Part shown: piece after piece, positions 40,386 through 51,869 of the stretch
Layout: each line of letters begins with the position of its first letter
How positions within the stretch are numbered: position 1 is the stretch's first letter
Position numbers and translations under genes: made by a program
Source of the DNA: Octopus bimaculoides
Lineage: Eukaryota
Length of the DNA stretch: 64,000 nucleotides
Direction: 5' to 3'
Assembly (NCBI RefSeq): GCF_001194135.2
Contig: NC_068988.1
Span: 42,139,644 to 42,203,643 of the forward strand
The notes under the pieces: model-generated
Database searches by the model: none
What the model was told of the DNA's origin: nothing
The model's input: the letters and a program-made list of their open reading frames with translations, nothing else

Positions 40386-40759
40386 AAAGGATTCCCCTGT
40401 TGCTAATTAAAAGAAATTATTATTGTTGTTCTTCTTCTTGTTCTTGTTCATGTCGTTGCTGTTGCTGCTGCTACTGCTGCTGTTGTTGTTGAGTCAGACA
40501 TTTTCAACTACACAACAATAAACACGAACAGCAAAGAACTAATGGATCGCACATATAACCATACAGACATCACAAAACATATACAACACCATGAAAATTA
40601 AATATCCAGGAGGAGGGGCCTTCAGGGGGACATCAATAAAAGACTATATAAAGAACTGCGCGTGTAAACATCCACATATACCTATTGGAACGGAACGACC
40701 ATCCCCGCCTCGTCAACAAAATTACTGTAAGGTGTCATTTTCGTTTCTATACCTTAATC

Positions 40760-41292
40760 TGACATAGCCTTGCTCAGAATTGGCAGAATAAATGCACGTG
40801 GCCTGGGGTCGCCTTGAAAACATGGCCATCTACTTACCGACTTCCGGTCACTAAGTGTAAATGTAGTGGCCATCAGTGAAACCAGACTCTGGATCGACAA
40901 GCTTTCATGCCCATATTCGGTAGATACGAGACACATTTATTTCCATGTCAACCGGGACTGGGAGGTGAAACCGCGATGCTGTTCTGGAGAGGCCTGAACT
41001 TCAAGATAAGGACTATCTTCCTGGACCCAGAAGGTAAGTTGGTGGTCCCGAATATGAACAGTAGTGACGGCGATGCCCTCAGACTCGTGGCTACTTATAC
41101 TCCGACAGGAGCAGGACAGCCGGATTTCTTCAGACGTCTGGAGGTTTTCCTAAGAACGTCCCAACCTTTAGTGTTAGTGGGCGATTGGAACGCCGTCTTT
41201 GAGTCACGTTTGGACTGTATGGGGCTAGCAGATAGAATAGGGTGTGGTAAAAGCCTCGCAAACCTACTCAGACATTTCCAGCTGTCTGACAG
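40760..41292 (+). pseudogene. L1/Tx1-clade LINE ORF2 AP-endonuclease fragment
   Basis: INARGLG..., VVAISETRL, DPEGKLVV, LRLVATYTP, PLVLVGDWNAV, LLRHFQLSDR. Confidence 0.8.
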
Positions 41293-41769
41293 AATATGCA
41301 AAAAAAAAAAATTTCACAATATTACCCCCCACCTACCCATTTTTTAATGTATTGTTGTACAGTGTGGAAATATCATTAAAGAAAGTATGTAAAGTGCACT
41401 TTCTATATTCATTTGGCTAAACTGTACAAATTGTTGTTTCGATATTGTTAAAATCCCCGTATTTTACCACGTTACATAACCGCTTAAATGAAATTTCCAC
41501 AATTTAATATACAACAGTACTTTTAAAAATTGGGTTTAGTGGTGGAGTAAAATTTTTTTTTTTTTTTTTTTTTTGCATATTCATAATCTCCAACATGTAA
41601 AACCTAGGTATCCGAATAAACCTTTTCAGAAAAATGCATTTTTCAAGGGGAGGTGCGAATCTGCATTAGCCCCTAAGTTTCATTTTAATTGCTAGGGAAG
41701 GGATACTAGAAACACTTCAGAAGTCTATAAGTGGATATAATAAATCAACAATATAACAAAACTCAACCC

Positions 41770-42290
41770 TTCATTATTTACATTTGACGGATATTTGTCT
41801 TCATCTTGTTTGTTGTTAACACACCGTTTCAGCTGATATACCTTCCAGCCTTCATCAGTTGTCTTGGGGAAATTTCGAACCTGGGTTCTCATTCCTAAGG
41901 TATGTTGTTGTTATTGTTATTATTATTATTATTCAGGTCACGGCCTGAAATCGAACTCGGAATCACGGACAATTATGGAGTGAATTTTGATATCTGCACT
42001 CAGTCTGCTTAGGAGGTCGTGGTGTCTTAGCATATGTGCTGCTTCTGCGAAAACTAAAAGAAGCAGCACATATGCTAGGGCATAATAACCTCCTAAGCAG
42101 ACCTAATGCAGATATGAGTAGCATATGTGAACCGGTATGAAAGAAGGATAGGAAAATATTAGATTTATAAGCCCTAAAATTCACTCCATAATTGCCCACG
42201 GACATATGGCGTGGTGGTTAAGATCGCGAACTACTGACCCCAGGATTCCGAGTTCTATTCCAAACAGTCGCCTGAATAATAATAATAATG
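41770..42290. mobile_element. Head-to-head pair of PLE 3'-terminal modules
   Basis: Plus copy from 42048: RKLKEAAHMLGHNNLLSRPNADMSSICEPV*KKDRKILDL* then tRNA-like head and (AAT)n; minus copy 42046-41770 ends in the hammerhead block. Confidence 0.75.
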
Positions 42291-42524
42291 AACGTTTGCT
42301 CTTGGCAGTCTCAGCACATTTTCATCATTGTCTTTTTTATTTAATGCATCATGGGTTATTTTACTGATTATAGAATAAACTATAACAGAATCTTTGGTCA
42401 ATTCAAATTACTTTATAATTTATGTATCATAACTGTATGTACATATATATCAATCAATGTGCGCAATGCATATGCCAACAGAAAACCGCCCGGAGAGCGG
42501 TTTTTCTGTTAGTAATAATAATAA

Positions 42525-42880
42525 AGCTATGAACTTGCAGTAATGTTTGCGCATCGAGCAAAATGCTTAGCGGCATTTACGATTGAGTTCAAATTCCGCC
42601 GAAGTCAATATTGCCTTTCATCTTTTCAAGGTCGATAAAATAAGTACCAGTCACGTACTTGAATCCAAGTAATCGACTAAACCTCTTTTACCAAATTACT
42701 GATCTTGTACCAAACTTCAACGGCAACAGGCTGACAGGATAGACTCTTTACCATGCCAAACAAAATGTTCTCTACTTTTATCACTTTCGGGGTCGATGAA
42801 ATAAAATATTGAGGTCGATGTTATTGATTAACCCCATCTCCCTAATATTTCCTGCATTGTACCAAAATTTGAGGCAACTA
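42525..42880 (+). mobile_element. Two tandem family A SINE copies
   Basis: GAGTTCAAATTCCGCCGAAGTC...CTTTCATCTTTTCAAGGTCGATAAAATAAGTACCAG, then a second partial core. Confidence 0.8.
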
Positions 42881-43287
42881 TTATCATTATCATCATCATC
42901 TTATTTCGCCCCAAAGTTAGCAATTACTTAGCAAACCAATAATCAAAGAAATTCCATGCAAGTCCGTCCTGCCTTGTATTACTAAAGATACGTCATCTAC
43001 GATTAGATTATACACTGAGCCTTTCATATCTAAAGCGGTATAAATGTTATTCTATGGAGATTGCGTTATTTCTAGTAAGTCCACTGTCCACCTTGGCTTC
43101 CCAATATTTAGCAAACATTAGATTTATATTTCACAATGAATGGTTTAGTACGAGGATCTTTTGCCGTACTGAGCTGTGGTGATATAAACAAGCATTGGTT
43201 GTTTAGCAATCAAGTAAAGAATAGTTACCTCCCTTGGATTAATCAACGCCATCAAAAGTTTCACACACGCGCACACGCACGCGCGTG

Positions 43288-43330
<43 letters not shown>

Positions 43331-43651
43331 CACACGCAGACCATTTACACGGAAGCATATATATGCATATATACGTACCTACGTACAAAAGCTAATATAT
43401 TGATATATACTAGCTGGACCCGTGAAAATTTCATGGAAAACATAAAAAATGTAAGCATCTATAAACAGTGTACTGGTGCCATGAGAAATGTTTGTATATT
43501 ATGACCGTCTGTCATTACGTTCTGAGTTCAAATTCTTCCATAGACGACTGACGGACAGACAGATGGTTGGATGGATAGGTGGAGAGATGGATGAATGTCT
43601 GCGTGTATGTGTATTAGGTGGCTGAGTGCAGGAATTTATGAGCGCGGTAAT

Positions 43652-43718
43652 GGAAGAAGAAGAAGAAGAAGAAGAAGAAGAAGAAGAAGAAGAAGAAGAA
43701 GAAGAAGAAGAAGAAGAA
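43652..43718. repeat. (GAA)n
   Basis: Direct reading. Confidence 0.95.
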
Positions 43719-43804
43719 GGTCTTCGTGGGAATTATATAATGGAGAAAACCATGAAATGAGAAATAATGCAAAAAAAAAAACAAGAAAAGAAAATGAACG
43801 GGAT

Positions 43805-43845
<41 letters not shown>

Positions 43846-44741
43846 ATGCGTGCGTGCGTGTTTGTGTGTGTGAGTGTATGTGTGTCTAATAGAAAGAGAG
43901 AAAACGAGATGAAAACAAAAGGAAGACAAATGATATTATCCTAAGCGTAACTAGCTTATCGTCTACAAGAGTTACTTCCCTTTACAAAAATTCCGACCAC
44001 GCGTGTGTGTATGCACTGTTAACACACAGAACAACGGGCAAAGAAACTTGACGATTATGAAGAAGTTACCGACTGTTGTGGTATAACTTTTTAAGATTAT
44101 CATTTCGAAACCTGAAGATTACACCTACTAAAGGAACCTCTAAGCAGTCACTTGACGTCCTATATATATAGCCGCCAAATTTTCCCTTAAATTACTATTT
44201 TGAAATGAGGTGGATATTAGACAAAGTTGTCCTAGATATACACTATCCGAGAGAAGAAAGGAAGGCTCAAAGATAGAATACCTTTGATTACAAGACTGCT
44301 CGATCACGACTCACAGCTTAATCAACAATGTAAATGCAACATTTAAATCCTAATCGTTCATGAGATCTCTATTCATGTAAGAGATAAATCTGTCGCAGTA
44401 ATAAGATAGTGACTGTAATATATTGAGTTTTTCCTGGAGAGATTTTTAGTTTGGCTAACTTAAATTGCTTGTAATATCTTCGTTGTTAATTTTTTTAGAA
44501 AAATGAATGCGAATTTTGTCATCAGCATGCAAAACTACATGAAAACAATTTTTCTCATTAAATAATCTAGTGAAAAGTTTCGGGTCGGAAGAAATTTAAG
44601 ATCCAAATAATTTAACTCGGTCTTACAAAAGGAAACCTTGCGTTGAGCAAACAGCATTACAGCATTATAGTTAAACATCGTTTGTCTTCCCTTGTCTTCA
44701 GTCCAAGGGGCGAGTTTGTTGTAGCTCTCTCTCTTTTTCTT

Positions 44742-44798
<57 letters not shown>

Positions 44799-44849
44799 AA
44801 CACACACACACAAGATAGAATATCATATAAAGGGAAGTGACTCACCCAC

Positions 44850-45684
44850 ACTGATGTTAGCAAGCTGCATTTAAGTTACATATCATTTATCTTCCCTAGT
44901 TTTTTGGGGGGGTTTTTTCAGCGCTTTCTTCCTCTCTTTCTCTCTCATTTTCCCTGTTGTTCTTATTATCTCTCTTTCACTTTCTCTTTACTGTCACATT
45001 CATCTCTTTGCTCTCAGAAATTCTACGGTACTGTTGTACTGCACTGATCATCCCTATGCCAACATCCCGAACCTTACACGTTAGAATTAGTCACCTGTGA
45101 CCATACACACACAACCACAACATGGCACGTTCGGCTGATTCCCTAACTTTTTCATGCATCTTTCCAGAAAAAGTAATGGATGTCATTTAATTAAATAAAC
45201 GACAGAGTAAAATGAAGAGATCGATTTCTTTCTGTCTTTTTCGTGCTGGTACAAAGAACTAACATTTGATATGTGATACGATAGCAGTGTTTTTTCTTCC
45301 TAAATTGTTATGAATGTGAATAGAAATTTGGTCAGAAAATCAGCCCTCCCAAAATATGACATCCATGACTTTTTCTGGTAGGATGCATGAAAAGGTTAGG
45401 GAATCAGCCAAACGGGTCATGTTGTGGTTGTGTGTGTATGGCTACAGGTGACTAATTCTAACGTGTAGGGTTCGGGATGTTGGCATAGGGGGTGACCAGT
45501 GCAGTACAACAGTACCGTAGAATTTCTGAGAGCAAAGAGATGAATGTGACAGCAAAGAGAAAGTGAAAGAGAGACAATAAGAACAACAGGGAAAATGAGA
45601 AGGACAGAGAGGAAGAAAGCGCTGAAAAAAAAAACCAAGGAAGATAAATGATATGTAACTTAAATGCAGCTTGCTAACATCAGT
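44850..45684. repeat. Long inverted repeat: arms 44850-45186 and 45356-45684, spacer 169 bp
   Basis: ACTGATGTTAGCAAGCTGCATTTAAGTTACATATC...GGATGTCAT versus ATGACATCC...GTAACTTAAATGCAGCTTGCTAACATCAGT; roughly 90% identity by eye; right arm runs into the gap. Confidence 0.92.
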
Positions 45685-46281
45685 NNNNNNNNNNNNNNNN
45701 NNNNNNNNNNNNNNNNNNNNNNNNNNNNNNNNNNNNNNNNNNNNNNNNNNNNNNNNNNNNNNNNNNNNNNNNNNNNNNNNNNNNNNNNNNNNNNNNNNNN
45801 NNNNNNNNNNNNNNNNNNNNNNNNNNNNNNNNNNNNNNNNNNNNNNNNNNNNNNNNNNNNNNNNNNNNNNNNNNNNNNNNNNNNNNNNNNNNNNNNNNNN
45901 NNNNNNNNNNNNNNNNNNNNNNNNNNNNNNNNNNNNNNNNNNNNNNNNNNNNNNNNNNNNNNNNNNNNNNNNNNNNNNNNNNNNNNNNNNNNNNNNNNNN
46001 NNNNNNNNNNNNNNNNNNNNNNNNNNNNNNNNNNNNNNNNNNNNNNNNNNNNNNNNNNNNNNNNNNNNNNNNNNNNNNNNNNNNNNNNNNNNNNNNNNNN
46101 NNNNNNNNNNNNNNNNNNNNNNNNNNNNNNNNNNNNNNNNNNNNNNNNNNNNNNNNNNNNNNNNNNNNNNNNNNNNNNNNNNNNNNNNNNNNNNNNNNNN
46201 NNNNNNNNNNNNNNNNNNNNNNNNNNNNNNNNNNNNNNNNNNNNNNNNNNNNNNNNNNNNNNNNNNNNNNNNNNNNNNNNN

Positions 46282-46340
<59 letters not shown>

Positions 46341-46342
<2 letters not shown>

Positions 46343-46635
46343 TGGTCACTGCTTGGAATCAAACTCGGAATCTTAGGGTTAGTATGCTTGTGGGCATATG
46401 GCATAGTGGTTAAGAGCGCGAGCTACTAACCCAAAATTCTGAGTTCGATTCCAAGCAGTAACCTGAACAATAATAATAATAATAGCAACAACATCGAAAA
46501 ATACCTTAGGAATGAAAACCTAGGTTCAAAGTTTCCCCAAGACACCTGATGAAGGTTTTTTAGGGTATATCAGCCGAAGCGTTGTGTTAACAACAAACAA
46601 GATGAGGACAAATATCCATCAAATGTAAATAATGT
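46341..46635 (+). mobile_element. PLE terminal module: tRNA-like head + (AAT)n + degenerate hammerhead, preceded by an inverted partial head
   Basis: A box TGGCATAGTGG 46399-46409; B box GAGTTCGATTCC 46441-46452; CTGATGA 46546-46552; 46344-46384 is the reverse complement of the head. Confidence 0.78.
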
Positions 46636-47074
46636 AATTGAAGTAAGCTATAATTAATGAAAATAAAATATAAAAAACACAGAAATGCAAGCATCTGGGA
46701 TTCTTTCTTGGCCAAGGTTTTTCCCTTCACACCATCCAATAGAGGTGTCAAACTGATCATCAGCTACGAGCTAACTAATCCGGAATGACCTACAAGGTTA
46801 CTGGGCTATCTCTATTTCTTTTTATCAATATATGTACACTTAACAAAGAGAGATTTGCAACTGATATCTTAAATTATATTTGCATGTTTTATCATTTCTT
46901 TTTTATTTTTTATGCCTTCTAAATTTATATATCTAGAACATAGTAATTTAGTCAGCAAAAATCATATTAGTGTCTTTGTTAAATATATCAATATTATTTT
47001 CTGAAACGTCTTAGTTCACATATTACTTTAATGCATTGTTTTATTTTTATTGTTAAGCAACAATGGGTAAAAAT

Positions 47075-47545
47075 TTTCCAAATGTTAATAGATAAACTCT
47101 TCCCAGTTAATCATTAATACATGAAACTTTTCAACAGACACAACTTGAAGTTCCACTCACTCTTCAAAATCATAGTTTTACAAAAATATACACCACCTAG
47201 AGAAACCAATTTCTCTTGTAGCAATAAAGAACTGTTCCCATTGAATGGTACCTGTAACACCTAGGGTATAATATACGAAGCATCAGACATATAAACAAAT
47301 ACAGGTAACATCACCTGCATTAAGAGATATATAGGGCTTATGGAAGATAATTTCAAACATGATTCTTGTTGAAACTGGAACAAACACAACAGTACAAAGC
47401 TCTCCTGCTACATTTAAAATTTGAAAGAGAAGTTTACTAACCATTCCATCACTTAGAAGCTCCTGGAAAAAGGAAAACCTTACTTCAATGACAACATAAA
47501 GTATGCAGAAAAGTAGTTTATTCTGAAGAACTCACTGGATCCATA
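47075..47545 (+). pseudogene. Penelope-like GIY-YIG remnant
   Basis: LFPVNH..MKLFNRHNLK; FPLNGTCNT*GIIYEA; KRYIGLME.NFK; STKLS.YI..LKEK..NHSIT.KLLEKGKPY. Confidence 0.8.
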
Positions 47546-47737
47546 GTTTTAAAGGCAAAATGCGAATCTTTAGGCAGCTACCACATGCCACCTCAAATTT
47601 TGATCTGCAATCACACAAAATCAGTACATCTGCAGATGTACATGTGTATGTTTGTATGCATGTATGTATGTATGTATGTATGTATGTATGTATGTATGTT
47701 TATATTTGTATGTATGTTTATATTTTATGTATGTATG

Positions 47738-48135
47738 CCATTATTCAGTTTTATTGCAAGATTTCTTGCCAAAAGAGAAAGAGTTGGTTTCTAACCTAGA
47801 GCTCCTTCATTAGAATTTCAACATCAACAGGGTATTTTTGTATGTATGTATATGTATGTGCAGATTCGTATGTTTTGTTTCATGTATGTCTTCTTATGCA
47901 TATACTTGCATATCTAGACATGCTCATATATACTTAAATGTTTTATAGACAATTACAGTTCCAGTGATAGCTTGGATTTGTAGTCTTTGAATCAGCTTTC
48001 TCCTTTCTGGTTTTGAAAAGTCTAATTTCTCAAGATTGGTATTTCGGCAATGTGTTACATAACCCGGTGCCACAATAATTACAGGTATAAAACTGAACTT
48101 CTAATCTGCATAGAGTAACTACAGATTTCTCATGT
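47738..48135 (-). mobile_element. R4-like LINE 3' end with (CATA)n tail (minus)
   Basis: FSFIPVIIVAPGYVTHC.NTNLEKLDFSKPERRKLIQRLQIQAITGT, then a 3' UTR matching 48880-49089, then (TATG)n on the plus strand at 47645-47737. Confidence 0.85.
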
Positions 48136-48392
48136 GTGTATGTATTAAATAAAATCAATTGCAGTCAATTTTTATTCTAATCGCAGTCTGTTGCTTGATG
48201 AAAAAGCTGGTGATTTTGTATGTCGTAACACATCTCTCACTAGATGGAGTACATTTTTTGTTGACCCCCAACAGTACCAGAACAGTATGTTACACACAAA
48301 CACAGTTTTATTAATTACAGAGAACAGTGCTTAATACAACCATTTACAATCATGGGTTGAGTCAGTTATTCATTCATTAATTACTACCCCCC

Positions 48393-49089
48393 TATGTAAC
48401 ATGAAATTCTTGCAAAAACAATATACAATGCCATTCGGAAAAAATATTGTCCTGGAATGAATATAAAGAATCCCCTTGTTATTGAAAATATACACAAACA
48501 TCAACACAAAGAATACTGTCAAGTGTAAACATAACAGGCTGAATATTGTTTTTTGGGACAAACAAGAAGAAGTATGTACCATCACAGAGGTCAGCTGTCC
48601 AACAGATGTGAGTATCTCTTTGAAGATTAAAGAGAAAGAGGATAACCATAGACAACTACTATATCCAGATTATAAACTCACATTTATATCAACAATGATT
48701 GGTGCACTTGGGGATAATCTGGATAAGCTAAGGTTTTTCAGAAAAAGAAATCACACTGCCTAAATACCAATCTTGAGAAATTAGGCTTCTCAAAACCAGA
48801 AAGAAGAAAGCTAATTAAAAGACTACAGATCAAATCCATCACTGGAACTGCAAAAATCTGTAAAACTTTCCAGAAGTTTATAATCTAAATATATATGACC
48901 ATGTCTAAATATGCAAGTATATGCATGAGAATACATACATAAAGCAAAACATACAAATCTGCACATATACATACAAACAAAAATACCCTGTTGTTGATAT
49001 TGAAATTCCAATGAAGGAGTCTTGAATCTGGGTTAGAAACTGACTCTTTCTCCATTGGCAAGAAGTATTGAAATAAAACTAAACAATGA
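48393..49089 (+). mobile_element. R4-like LINE 3' portion (RLE domain) with (CATA)n tail
   Basis: HEILAKTIYNAIRKK; KCKHNRLNIVFWDK..VCTITEVSCPTDV..SLKIKEKED; LLYPDYK..MIGALG; NLEKLGFSKPERRKL...TGTAKICKTFQKF; (CATA)n at 49090-49136. Confidence 0.88.
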
Positions 49090-49606
49090 CATACATACAT
49101 ACATACATACATACATACATACATACATACATACATAAACTGCAGCCTGAAGCAACAAGTCATGTCTTTGGCATGGGAGACTATTTATTACAAATACAAT
49201 GAATGCTCTTTCCAACTTTGAAGCCACAATTATCAGCTTTGTTAAATAACTGGTGATACAGGTGAATCAAGTGAAGGAGCTTGTTATATAAGATCAACTG
49301 AAACTTGAATTTACTGTGCAGAGAGTTACCACGTACAACATGGTGCGACACATCAACAACACAACTGAAGAACAGAATGAAAACAACAGCTCAACAGGTA
49401 AACAGATTCTTTCTAGCTGTAGTTATAGAAGAAACCATAACTACATTATCCTTTAAGTATATATGAACATGTCTAGACATGCAACTATACGCATGAGAAT
49501 ACATGCATAAAACAAAATATACAAATCTGCATACATACATACATACATACACACACAAACACACATACATAATACATACATACATACATACATACAAACA
49601 TACATG

Positions 49607-50025
49607 CTTAAAACTTTATGCAAAGATAACACATGGGATGAAAAGGAGCCTTGACCTAGTTACATTCTCAAAGGATGTAGGGTTGGAGTTTGGTCAGGAT
49701 AAATGTTGTTATGTGGTTGTGTAAAGGGGGAAAACTATAAACCAGACTAGTAACATCTCTATCAATGGTTTGACTGTCTCCCTGTATCTGATGAAGAATG
49801 TTACAGGTATCTAGGGGTGGGTGAAAATATATCTTACAATGGCACCTGTAACAAAACATGTGCCACTAAAGAATATTACATCTGGATAAAAAAAATTTGG
49901 ACCTCAGAACTCTGTGCATTCAATAAAACAGTGGCCCACAATGTGTTTGCAGTGCCAGTACTCAAACCAACATTTGGGCTGCTTGATTGAACGCTTGATG
50001 AGATCTGATCCATTGATGTGAAAGC
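49607..50025 (+). mobile_element. R4-like LINE RT fragment starting just after the DD motif
   Basis: LKLYAK...LDLVTFSKDVGLEFGQDKC; YRYLG; KEYY..IKKIWTSEL.AFNK.VAHNVFAVPVL; preceded by (CATA)n. Confidence 0.8.
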
Positions 50026-50109
50026 TATTGAATATTCATAATATATGTTGACCTTGTGACAACATTTGAAACCAATATTTGTAATATATAATCTTCTCTA
50101 CTTAAGGAA

Positions 50110-50294
50110 AAGGCCTGAAGTTTTAGGGGAGGGGACTAGTCAATTACATTTACCCCAGTGCATAACTGGTACTTAATTTCTCGACCCCGAAAGGATGAAA
50201 AGCAAAGTTGACATCGGCAGAACTTGAACACAGAATGTAGACGCTGCTAAACATTTTGCCTGGTGTGCTAACAATTCTGTCAGCTCACCGCCTT
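50110..50294 (-). mobile_element. Family A SINE
   Basis: CTGGTACTTAATTTCTCGACCCCGAAAGGATGAAAAGCAAAGTTGAC. Confidence 0.85.
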
Positions 50295-50344
50295 AGTCAA
50301 GTCTGGGGAATGTGAAGGCCATTCAAAGTAGACCTCACACATGA

Positions 50345-50665
50345 TTTCAGAAAGATAGGGCAACTGCTCATATGGCAAGAGAAACAATGCAGTTGCTATG
50401 GCAGTGCTTTGGAGAGAGAATAATCTCACGCTACGGCAATGTCAACTGGCCTTCACGTTCCCCAGACTTGACTAGCCTGGATTTCTTCATATGGGGATAC
50501 CTGAAAGAGAGCACTTACATCAAAAAACCAGAGATCCTGATGCAACTGAAGGAGAACATTAATAGAGAAATCAGAGAAGTGGGATCTGAAACTCTTGAGG
50601 TTGTTATGGTGCAAGTTTCGGAAAAAGCACGGGCGTGCGAAGCTGAAAATGGCTGCCGTTTAAGC
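50345..50665 (+). pseudogene. Tc1/mariner transposase C-terminal remnant
   Basis: FQKDRATAH.ARETM; WPSRSPDLTSLDFFIWGYLKE; LKENINREI. Confidence 0.88.
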
Positions 50666-50715
50666 AACTTTAGTGAAACATCTTGTGTGAAATGTCTTAA
50701 CATTTTGCAATATAT

Positions 50716-51290
50716 AGGCTGTGTGACAAGAAGGTTGCTTATTTTCCAACCACATGGTTCCAGGTTCAGTCCCACTGCGTGACACCTTAGGCAAGTGTCT
50801 TCTATTATAGCCTTGAGTTGACCAAAGACTCCTGAAAGGATTTGGTAGACAGAAATTGTGTGGAAGCACATTGTATATTTATGTAGGTGTGGCTGTGTGG
50901 TAAGAAGCTTGCTTCCTAACCACATGTTTCCAGGACCAGTTCCACTGCATGGCACCTTTGGCAAGTGTCTTCTACTATAGCCTCAAGCTGACCAAAAGCT
51001 GCTGAGTAGATTTAATAGACAGAAACTGAAAGGAGCCTGTCATGTGTGTGTGTGTGTGTGCGCGTGAGCACATGTATGTGTATGTGTGTGTACGTCTCTC
51101 TCTTTGTTTCTGTATTTGCCTTCCACCACTGCTTGGTGTGTTTATGTCCCCATAACTTATTGGCTAGGCAAAAGAGACTGATAGAATAAGTACTAGCCTT
51201 AAGTGCTGGGATTGATTCATTCAACCAAAAATCTTTTAAGGTGGTGCCCTAGTATGGCCACAACTAATGACTGAGACAAATAATAGATAA
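50716..51290 (+). mobile_element. Family B SINE with duplicated head (50716-50870, then 50885-51290)
   Basis: Two consecutive GGCTGTGTG..AAG..GCTTGCTT...CACATG...GGCAAGTGTCTTCTA heads. Confidence 0.82.
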
Positions 51291-51491
51291 CAGATATACA
51301 TATGCATGTGTGTGTCATATGTAGATATACTGTGTGTGTGTGTGTGTGTGTGTGCGCACACACACACGTACACACTAACACATTCACATATATGCATACA
51401 GACTGGTTGCTTGCCATAATCTGCATAAATCGAAAATTCCTCTCTAAGCACAGTAAGTTACACATTCACCTAAATTCACTATCCTGAAGTG

Positions 51492-51869
51492 GAGGCACAA
51501 TGGCCCAGTGGTTAGGGCAGTGGACTCGTGGTCATAGGATCGCAGTTTTGATTACATGACCGGACATTGCGAGTGTTTATTGAGCAAAAACGCCTAAAGC
51601 TCCACGAGGCTCCGGCAGGGGTCGGTGGTGAACCCTGCTGTACTATTTCACCACAACTTTCTCTCACTCTTTTTTTCTGTTTCTGTTGTACCTGTATTTC
51701 AAAGGGCCAGCCTTGTCACACTGTGTCACGCTAAATATTCCCGAGAACTACATTAAGGGTACACAAGTCTGTGGAGTGCTCAGCCACTTGCACGTTAATT
51801 TCAAGAGCAGGCTGTTCCATTGCTCAGATCAAGTGGAACCCTCATCGTCATAACTGTCGGAGTGCCACG
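51492..51869 (+). mobile_element. tRNA-derived SINE family E with ~11-bp TSD
   Basis: A box TGGCCCAGTGG; body GTCTGTGGAGTGCTCAGCCACTTGCACGTTAATTTC; TSD ACTATCCTGAA 51478-51488 / ACTATACTGAA 51870-51880; truncated head also at ~26345. Confidence 0.82.

Noticed and set aside
46423-46430. TACTAAC branch-point consensus
   Set aside because: It is the anticodon-loop-like part of the repeat head, with no downstream acceptor.
46392-46465. tRNA gene calls for tRNA-like heads (also 12591, 42200, 51492, 58078, 58447, 61962)
   Set aside because: A/B boxes are present but acceptor stems are broken and the sequences continue into multicopy repeat bodies.
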